Positions 19,741-27,353 of a stretch of DNA of 64,000 bases are shown here, in pieces. The stretch covers positions 256,001-320,000 of the forward strand of contig CAWKFG010000001.1 of the NCBI GenBank assembly GCA_963848965.1, read 5' to 3'. The position numbers and the translations under genes are program-made. The notes beneath the pieces were generated by a model that did not search any database, was not told where the DNA came from, and saw only the letters and a program-made list of their open reading frames with translations. How positions within the stretch are numbered: position 1 is the first letter of the stretch; the number at the start of each line of letters is the position of its first letter. The DNA comes from an uncultured bacterium (GTDB lineage Bacteria; Babelota; Babeliae; Babelales; Babelaceae).

Positions 19741-22185
19741 TTACGCTTTCTTTTTCTTTAGAGGAGTGCGCGTTTTTTTTACTGCTTTTTCAGGTTGCTT
19801 GTTAGATTCTTCATGAGATTCTTCAATCTTATGATTAAAGGGATTGTTAACAAGTGCTTCTTTAAGTACAGTATCCATCTCTTTTACATACATAATTTCT
19901 AGAGAGTCAAGCGCACCAATATCTTTGAGTACTTCTTCGATATCGTTTCTGTTTTCTTCAGGAACAAGAACTTTTTTCATGCCATGTTGTCGTGCAGCAA
20001 GAAGTTTTTCTTTGAGTCCTCCTACTGCAAGAACACGCCCACGAAGTGTTACTTCTCCTGTCATAGCAACAGCAACTCTTGTAGGATTCTTAGTAAGTGC
20101 AGATACAAGTGCTACACACATTGTAATACCTGCAGATGGACCATCCTTAGGAGTAGCTCCTTCAGGTATATGAATGTGAATATCCTTAGCAGAGTAGAAG
20201 CTCTCTTTGAGTCCAAGTTGCTCTGCTCGAGAACGAATATAGCTTACTGCCGCATGAGCAGACTCTTGCATTACATCACCAAGCTGTCCTGTAAGTGTCA
20301 AGCATCCCTTACCTGGCAGTACTATGGCTTCAATTTCTAACATATCTCCACCAAATTCAGTCCAAGCAAGACCATTGGCAAGGCCTATACGGTCGATTCC
20401 TGCATCAAGGCTTGCTTTCTTAAAGCGAGGATGCCCTAACCATTCTTTGAGTAGCTCTGGGCTTACTGTTACACCCTTTTCTTTGTCGTTCTTTAAAAGG
20501 AGCTGAATGGTTTTACGCATAAGCTTAGAAATAATACGTTCAAGCTGACGCACTCCTGCTTCTTTTGTATATTCTGAGATAATGCGGTGCAAAATAGTAT
20601 CAGGAAGCTTAAATTGACGAGATTTTAGGCTATATTCCTTAAGGTTTTTAGGAATAAGGAATGATTTAGCAATTTCTACTTTCTCATCGTCGGTATATCC
20701 TGACAAGAAGATTTTTTCCATACGGTCAAAAAGCGCATAAGGAATACCATCGACATGATTTGCAGTAGCAATAAACATTACTTTAGAAAGATCATATTCG
20801 ATTTCTAAAAAGTGATCTACAAAAGATTTGTTTTGTTCTGGATCTAATACCTCGAGCAATGCTGCTGCAGGATCACCGTGGTAATCACTAGACATCTTAT
20901 CGATCTCATCAAGTAAGATAACAGGATTAAGCGTTTTTGCTTTACGCATGGCTTGAATAATCTTACCTGGTAATGCTCCAATGTATGTTCTTCTGTGACC
21001 ACGAATTTCTGCTTCATCGCGGATACCTCCTAAGGAGATACGAACAAATTCACGCCCTAAGCTTTCTGCAACCGAGTGACCAAGTGATGTTTTTCCTACC
21101 CCAGGAGGCCCTACAAGACATAGAATCGGTGACCGCTCAAAAGTATGAGAAAATTTTTTAGCAGCTAAGAATTCGATAATACGATCTTTTGCTTTTTTGA
21201 GTCCTGCATGATTTTTATTTAAAATCTTTTCTGCTTGCTCTAAGCTAATAGTGTCCTGACTTACCTTATGCCATGGAAGCGAAATAACCCAGTCAATATA
21301 GTGCCTGCTTACTACTGCTTCAGAAGAAAGAGGAGGCATCTGTTCAAGACGCTTAAGCTCTTTTTCTACTTTCTCATGTGCTTCTTGAGGAAGCCCAAGA
21401 CTTTTGACTTTAGCGCGAATTTGCATAATTTCAGTATGAGCATCGTCTCGGCCAAGCTCTTTCTGAATAGCCTTTATCTGCTCTGTTAAATAATATTCAC
21501 GCTGGTTTTTTTCGACTTGCTTTTGTATACTGCCACGAATACGCTCTTCTGTTTCCAAAATGTCTATTTCTCGTTGTAAGAGACTACAAAGGCGCAGAAT
21601 ACGCTCTCGAAGATCAACGATTTCAAGAATTTCTTGGCGTTCTTCAAATGAAAGATTAAGATGTACGGCAAGTGTATCTGCAATATTATCCATATCTTCT
21701 GCACTCTTTACTGAGACCATAAGATCTACAGGTATCTTAGTATTAAGCTGTGCATAAGCGGTATAAAGCCCTTTAAGTTGGCGCCAAAGAGCTTCTAGTT
21801 CAACGGTTTTTTCAAGCCCTGTTGTAGGTAAATCTTCACATTCAACTGTTAAAAATCCTTCAGTAGATTCAGTTTTAAGAATTTTTGCTCTACATACCCC
21901 CTCTACTAAAATTTTGAGTGTCCCCTTAGGCATACGCATAACTTGCAAAATAGTCGCGCGTGTTCCATAAGCATATACATCTTCTTCAGTAGGATGTTCT
22001 ACATCTGGGTGCTTTTGAGCTGTAATAAAGATAGTTTTATTATTCCTTAGGGAATATTCAACGGCTGCAATCGAAGAAGATCTTCCTACAATTATAGGAA
22101 TGATACTTTTAGGAAGGATCACCACGTTTTTAAGCGGCAAAAGCGCTAAAACGCTATGTCTTCCAAATGGTTCGTTTTCAAGCAT
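19741..22185 (-). CDS. lon: ATP-dependent protease La
   Basis: GPPGVGKTS, RGHRRTYIGA, LLDEIDK, PKDGPSAG, GGLKEK. Confidence 0.98.
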   Translation of the reverse strand: MLENEPFGRHSVLALLPLKNVVILPKSIIPIIVGRSSSIAAVEYSLRNNKTIFITAQKHPDVEHPTEEDVYAYGTRATILQVMRMPKGTLKILVEGVCRAKILKTESTEGFLTVECEDLPTTGLEKTVELEALWRQLKGLYTAYAQLNTKIPVDLMVSVKSAEDMDNIADTLAVHLNLSFEERQEILEIVDLRERILRLCSLLQREIDILETEERIRGSIQKQVEKNQREYYLTEQIKAIQKELGRDDAHTEIMQIRAKVKSLGLPQEAHEKVEKELKRLEQMPPLSSEAVVSRHYIDWVISLPWHKVSQDTISLEQAEKILNKNHAGLKKAKDRIIEFLAAKKFSHTFERSPILCLVGPPGVGKTSLGHSVAESLGREFVRISLGGIRDEAEIRGHRRTYIGALPGKIIQAMRKAKTLNPVILLDEIDKMSSDYHGDPAAALLEVLDPEQNKSFVDHFLEIEYDLSKVMFIATANHVDGIPYALFDRMEKIFLSGYTDDEKVEIAKSFLIPKNLKEYSLKSRQFKLPDTILHRIISEYTKEAGVRQLERIISKLMRKTIQLLLKNDKEKGVTVSPELLKEWLGHPRFKKASLDAGIDRIGLANGLAWTEFGGDMLEIEAIVLPGKGCLTLTGQLGDVMQESAHAAVSYIRSRAEQLGLKESFYSAKDIHIHIPEGATPKDGPSAGITMCVALVSALTKNPTRVAVAMTGEVTLRGRVLAVGGLKEKLLAARQHGMKKVLVPEENRNDIEEVLKDIGALDSLEIMYVKEMDTVLKEALVNNPFNHKIEESHEESNKQPEKAVKKTRTPLKKKKA

Positions 22186-22627
22186 GGAACTTCCTTCTTT
22201 TTCAATGGTTATTTTCTATATATAAGTGTATGCTATTTATCTAGTATCCTACAAGTATCTTTTGTAAAACTCCTTCAACTCGTAAGATCCTTTTTTATAA
22301 CATCTGTAAAAAGTTAATAAGAGAACTTTAGATTATTTTAGCATAATACACTCAATTTGTAAATAATAATTAATCTCCAAAAGAGCTCTTTTGGCAAATA
22401 AAAAGAGAAAACTTAAGAATTTTTTTAAATAGTGTATACTACTTATCATTAAAAGGAGTTTTGTCTTAGGAGGCTAGGAGGATGCTTTATGACGTAAGGA
22501 AATTAATACCCAATACCTGTCTGTAAAGGGTGCATAGTATATCGATGCTATTTTTTACAAATTCGAAAATTTGAGATATAGTAAAAAGAGAAAGTTCACA
22601 TACATTTTTTTATAAAAAGGATGACTT

Positions 22628-24055
22628 ATGGCGTCTTCAAGATCCTCGATTATAGGCTTTTTAAGGGCCTGGTTCGGAGACTTTAGCAGAGAAGAACTTA
22701 AAAAGTTTTTGCTTTTAGGTACTATCTTTGCTCTTGTAATTGGCATTTATTGGACCTTACGTCCTATGAAGGATGCTCTTTTCCAAGATATAGTAGGTGG
22801 AATTTATCAGCCTCGTGCAAAATGGCTTTCGCTTGTGGTGGTTTTCCCACTCGTTATTATTTATAGTAAATTGGTTGACCGGCTTCGTCGGCATGTGCTT
22901 TTTTATGTACTGAGTCTGGTCTATGGTGTTGCAACGCTTATTATTGCCTGGTTTATGTTTGACCCAGTCATCGGTCTTGCAAATACTCATGCTGATCCAT
23001 CACGTGTTCTTGGCTGGATATGGTATGTGTTTGTAGAAAGCTTTGGTTCTTTAATTGTTGCTCTTTTCTGGGCTTTTGCTACAGATATTACAACTGCAGA
23101 TTCTGCTAGACGAGGATTCTCGGTAGTTGTGATGATTGGGCAGATTGGCGGAATTATTGCACCTCTTATTTTAACCAATATTCCTCTTTGGTTTAAGGTA
23201 AGTAATGCTTATGTAGTACTTATCTGTGGATTGCTTATGTTTCTTATAATTCCTATGGTTATGTTCTTTATGACAAATGTTCCTAAAGAGCAGATGGTAG
23301 GGTTTGCAGAAAAGGGTCATAAGCATCAAGAAGAAGTTGAGCCTGGGTTCCTAGAAGGACTTAAGCTGATGTTTTCTCAGCCATATCTTCTTGGTATTCT
23401 AGGTATTATTATGTTCTATGAAGTAATTGTTACCGTATTTGACTATTACTTTAAGATTATGACTGAAGCTCAAATTCTTGATAAGGCTTTAAAATCTTCT
23501 TATCTTGGTAAATATGCGGTGTATGCTAATTTAGGAACATTCTTGTGTCTTCTCTTGGGTATCAATAACATTTCGCGTAGATTAGGATTAACAACATCAT
23601 TAGCATTAATGCCTATTATGGTAGGTCTTGCAATATTTGTGTTTAGATTCTATCGTCTATTAGACGTTTTCTTCTGGCTTATGGTTGCTTCCAAAGCAGT
23701 AAACTATGCGTTAAATAGCCCATCTATGAAGCAGCTCTATATTCCGACAACGAAAGAAGTCCGTTATAAATCTCAAGCATGGATTGAGAGCTTTGGTTCC
23801 CGTGGTTCTAAGGCAGCTGGATCTGGTATTACTGATGCCCATAAGAATGCTATGGTTAAATGGAATGGTCCAGAGTGGGCAGATACGGCCTATGCAAAAG
23901 CGAATATGTTTACTCCTGCAGATACAGGAACAGTATGGCATATTGCTTTAAGCAGCTATCTCTTCTTAGGCATTGTTGGAGTCTGGTTCTTTGTTGCACT
24001 CTATCTTGGCAGAACCTATAAAAAGGCTGTTGACGAGGATAGAGTGGTATGTTAA
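22628..24055 (+). CDS. NTT/Tlc family nucleotide (ADP/ATP) translocase
   Basis: ELKKF, TLRPMKD, FWAFA, KAVNYALN.P, LYIP, K.QAWIE motifs; multiple TM helices. Confidence 0.88.
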   Translation: MASSRSSIIGFLRAWFGDFSREELKKFLLLGTIFALVIGIYWTLRPMKDALFQDIVGGIYQPRAKWLSLVVVFPLVIIYSKLVDRLRRHVLFYVLSLVYGVATLIIAWFMFDPVIGLANTHADPSRVLGWIWYVFVESFGSLIVALFWAFATDITTADSARRGFSVVVMIGQIGGIIAPLILTNIPLWFKVSNAYVVLICGLLMFLIIPMVMFFMTNVPKEQMVGFAEKGHKHQEEVEPGFLEGLKLMFSQPYLLGILGIIMFYEVIVTVFDYYFKIMTEAQILDKALKSSYLGKYAVYANLGTFLCLLLGINNISRRLGLTTSLALMPIMVGLAIFVFRFYRLLDVFFWLMVASKAVNYALNSPSMKQLYIPTTKEVRYKSQAWIESFGSRGSKAAGSGITDAHKNAMVKWNGPEWADTAYAKANMFTPADTGTVWHIALSSYLFLGIVGVWFFVALYLGRTYKKAVDEDRVVC

Positions 24056-24081
24056 TTCCTCACATAAAATAACGAGATATA

Positions 24082-24111
24082 ATCAAGCACGGGGCCTTCC
24101 TTGTGCTTGAT
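24082..24111. other. Intergenic hairpin between the two NTT genes
   Basis: ATCAAGCACGGGG-CCTT-CCTTGTGCTTGAT, no U tail. Confidence 0.55.
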
Positions 24112-24128
24112 CTAAAGGACATAGGGGT

Positions 24129-25604
24129 ATGTCGAGTTTCTATAGTTTTAAAAAGATTTTTGGTCAAAAGCATCTAATAGGTAACCAAGATGTGGTAAGG
24201 GGTAACGGGATGGGATCAAAACTCAGATCTATTTTTAAGTTTCTATTGGATGTTGAGCGGCATGAGCTTGTCAAAGTTATTATTTTAACAGCTACGTTTT
24301 TTTTAGTTATAGGTTCTTATACCGTTGTCAGAGAGCTAAAGGATGTTGTATTTCCTACACTCATAGGTCAGGATAGAAAATACTTGGCATATGCAAAGAT
24401 TTTTTCAATGCTTGTGCTGATACCGGCGCTTTTTATTCATTCTCGTCTTGTTGATTTAGTTCGTAGACATTATTTATTGTATATTTATGCCACTTTTTAT
24501 GGTCTTGTAGGGCTTATATGTGTGTTTTTTTTAGGGCATCCTACCATAGGGCTTCCTAATACTATTAGCAGTCCACATAGAATTTTTGGCTGGCTCTTTT
24601 ACTTTTTTATCGAAGGGTATTCTCCCTTAGTGGTAAGTGTCTTTTGGGCATTTGCCAACTCGGTGACTTCTCCTGAGTCTGCTAAAAATAATTATACTGC
24701 AATGATTGCGGGTTCTAAGCTGGGAGGAATTCTAACAGCGACAAGTGCGTGGTTTTTACTGAGAAGTCACTATTTTAGCGATGTAACAAATCATCAAATT
24801 CTTCTTGCAGCATCATCTCTTATCTTATTGTTTGTTCCTTTTTGTGTTTATCTTCTAGTAACAAAAGTGCCACGTAAGTATATGCATGGTTATGAAGCAG
24901 CATATCAGGTAGAAAAAGAGCGCCATCGTCATCAAGAAGGTGAAGGATGGCTGCATAGTATGCTGTCAGGCCTCATTATGCTTTTCAAGTATCCGTATGT
25001 TATGGGAATCTTTGGGATGAGCTTTTTCTTTGAAGTTATTAGTCAAGCGCTCAAGGTAGAAAATATAATATTTGTTAAAAAGACCTCTGCATCATTATCT
25101 GAATTTACCAGTTTCTTATTGTGGCAGGCACTATTAGTGCATATTGTAGCTTTTGTAGTAGTGCTATTTGGCACCAGGGCTCTTTTGCAGTTACTTGGTG
25201 AACGTCGTTCTTTAATGCTTATTCCAACGCTTACAGGCCTTTCTATTATTGGCTTTGTTTTACGCCCTTCCTATGCTACTGCAATATTTGCTTTTGTGGT
25301 AACTCGATCGGTAAATTATGCTTTTGCGGCACCATTGCGAGAAAGTCTCTATATCCCTACCGTAAAAGAGGTACAATTTAAATCGAAATCGTGGATAGAA
25401 GGAGTGGGAACAAAGTTTGCAAAAACTTGTGCTTCTTCCTTTAATATGTACACGGATGGTCTTGCTGCTCAGCTTTTATTAACAGTCCAAACTACGTTTT
25501 TTAGTTTTATTATTTTCTCTTGGTTTATCGCTGCATATACTCTTGGACGCCGTTATGAGCGAGCAGTAAGACATAATGAGGTTATCGGCTCTCAAGAAAT
25601 ATAG
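24129..25604 (+). CDS. NTT/Tlc family nucleotide translocase paralog (start may be 24210)
   Basis: YTVVRELKD, FWAFANS, RSVNYAF..P.RE.LYIP, KSKSWIE. Confidence 0.88.
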   Translation: MSSFYSFKKIFGQKHLIGNQDVVRGNGMGSKLRSIFKFLLDVERHELVKVIILTATFFLVIGSYTVVRELKDVVFPTLIGQDRKYLAYAKIFSMLVLIPALFIHSRLVDLVRRHYLLYIYATFYGLVGLICVFFLGHPTIGLPNTISSPHRIFGWLFYFFIEGYSPLVVSVFWAFANSVTSPESAKNNYTAMIAGSKLGGILTATSAWFLLRSHYFSDVTNHQILLAASSLILLFVPFCVYLLVTKVPRKYMHGYEAAYQVEKERHRHQEGEGWLHSMLSGLIMLFKYPYVMGIFGMSFFFEVISQALKVENIIFVKKTSASLSEFTSFLLWQALLVHIVAFVVVLFGTRALLQLLGERRSLMLIPTLTGLSIIGFVLRPSYATAIFAFVVTRSVNYAFAAPLRESLYIPTVKEVQFKSKSWIEGVGTKFAKTCASSFNMYTDGLAAQLLLTVQTTFFSFIIFSWFIAAYTLGRRYERAVRHNEVIGSQEI

Positions 25605-25612
25605 AGAATTTT

Positions 25613-25640
25613 TTGCAATTTTCTATAACTTTGGTACAAT
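25613..25640 (+). promoter_or_regulatory. Sigma70-like promoter of rpsB
   Basis: TTGCAA-16nt-TACAAT with TG extended -10. Confidence 0.5.
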
Positions 25641-25745
25641 GAAAGAGTACATATCGCTTATTTTCCATAAAGGGTGGTTGTTGATTCTTAGGCGGAGTCA
25701 AGCCGGAAAATAATAGGTTATAACCCTTCATAAAAAAGGTATTCT

Positions 25746-26846
25746 ATGGCTATAGATTTAAAAAAATTAATTAAAAATCAAGTACACTTTGGGCATCAAA
25801 CAGCTCGTTGGAATCCCAAAATGGCTCCTTATATTTGGGGACAAAAAAATAATATTCATCTAATAGATGTTTCTAAAACAGCCCATCAGATTGAAAAAGC
25901 GGCAGCGTTCTTAAAAACGATTGCTGCGGAAGGAAAATCTATTCTGTGGGTAGGGACAAAAAAGGCTGCTCAAGAAATTATAGGGCGTACAGCTCAAGAG
26001 CTTGGTAATCCTTATGTAGTACACAGATGGGTAGGTGGTACGTTTAGTAACTATCGTCAAGTACGTAAATCTATTGCAAACCTTCTACACTACGAAGATA
26101 TTCTTTCTAAATCGGAACAGTTTCCGTATAGCAAAAAAGAGCTTAATCTTTTTCAAAAGCGTGCGGACCGTTTAGAGAAAAACGTAGGTGGTATCAGGAT
26201 GCTTGCGTGGCCAGTAGGAGCTGTGGTAATAGTAGATGTGAAAAAAGAGCATGTATCAGTAAAAGAGGCGCTTACAATGGGAATTCCCGTTGTTGCTCTT
26301 GTAGATACTAATAGTGATCCATCAGACATCGCTTTTCCAATCCCTGCAAATGATGATGCTCCTCGTTCTATTAATGCTGTTATAGAGTATCTTGCACAAG
26401 CCGTACAGCAAGGGCAAGAAGCAGCTGCAACTAAGCCGCAAACAGAGTTAACTTCTGCAGAGCTTTATGAATCTCTTCTTGAAGAGCCGGGTCTTTCTGA
26501 AGCTGAAGAGGAAGAAGAAAATGAAAAGCGCCGTAAAGCACAAGGAGCTCGTAGTGCTAAAAAAGGCAGTGTAGGGCTTAAACCTAAGCCAAGTAAACGG
26601 CCAGTTCGTCAAGAGGATGTTGATGAACAAGGGCGTGCTAGAGGTCGTGGTGCACGCCATGGGCATGATGTAGCGTCTGCAGATACTACTATTCAAACTC
26701 CTGGTCTAGAAACGAAACCTGAGCCTGTAGTTGCACAAGAGCCTACTATTCAACGTTCATCAGTAGAAACAAAAGCCGAAGCTCACTTAGAAGAAGGAAC
26801 GACAATCCAGACGCCAACTACTGAAACAGGAAAAAAGAAAAAGTAA
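25746..26846 (+). CDS. rpsB: 30S ribosomal protein S2 with long C-terminal extension
   Basis: VHFGHQT.RWNPKM, RWVGGTFSN, VDTNSDP, IPANDDA. Confidence 0.97.
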   Translation: MAIDLKKLIKNQVHFGHQTARWNPKMAPYIWGQKNNIHLIDVSKTAHQIEKAAAFLKTIAAEGKSILWVGTKKAAQEIIGRTAQELGNPYVVHRWVGGTFSNYRQVRKSIANLLHYEDILSKSEQFPYSKKELNLFQKRADRLEKNVGGIRMLAWPVGAVVIVDVKKEHVSVKEALTMGIPVVALVDTNSDPSDIAFPIPANDDAPRSINAVIEYLAQAVQQGQEAAATKPQTELTSAELYESLLEEPGLSEAEEEEENEKRRKAQGARSAKKGSVGLKPKPSKRPVRQEDVDEQGRARGRGARHGHDVASADTTIQTPGLETKPEPVVAQEPTIQRSSVETKAEAHLEEGTTIQTPTTETGKKKK

Positions 26847-26851
26847 TATAA

Positions 26852-26943
26852 GGAGAGGTGTCTGAGAGGCCGAAAGAGCGTGATTGGAAATCGCGTATAT
26901 CCCGAAAGGGGTATCGAGGGTTCGAATCCCTCCCTCTCCACCA
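26852..26943 (+). tRNA. tRNA-Ser(GGA), long variable arm, encoded CCA
   Basis: GGAGAGG/CCTCTCC acceptor stem, anticodon loop TTGGAAA, variable arm with GAAA loop, GGTTCGAATCC. Confidence 0.96.
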
Positions 26944-27004
26944 GCCTACGCTCCTTCGGGCTATGCCTGGCATCTTGTCCGGCGAAGCTGAAAGCGTAGA
27001 CGGA
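26944..27004. repeat. Two inverted copies of a short palindromic (REP-like) repeat fused to the tRNA-Ser 3' end
   Basis: GCCTACGCTCCTTCGGGCTATGCC and inverted TCCGGCGAAGCTGAAAGCGTAGACGGA; related copy after tRNA-Ala. Confidence 0.65.
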
Positions 27005-27079
27005 GGCCGTAAAGGATGGATTTAAATAAGATTGATATTGCTAGCTTAAGCTAAAGCTGGGCTAGCAGACCTAAAAATT

Positions 27080-27161
27080 GGAAGCCTATAAAGGGCAGTT
27101 GCTTAACGTGTCAGGTCCGAAAGGAAGCAGCACAAGTAACCCCGCTCTTGTATAGGCTTCC
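27080..27161 (+). ncRNA. ffs: Small SRP RNA (4.5S)
   Basis: GGAAGCCTATA/TATAGGCTTCC closing stem with domain IV TCAGGTCCGAAAGGAAGCAGC; T-run follows. Confidence 0.93.
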
Positions 27162-27353
27162 TTCTTTTTTGTGCACGTCTCGAAGTACCTATAACTTTCA
27201 AGCAGTATCGCTTAGCCTTATTTAAGTCATAGAAGTTAATAAAAAAAAGAATAGGGCAGTGGGTGTCTTAGATCTTAAGCGCAACTAATGTATCTTTGAC
27301 ATAAAATAATAATGCTGTTAAGCTGGAGCAATGGTAAGACTTAAGGAAAATAT

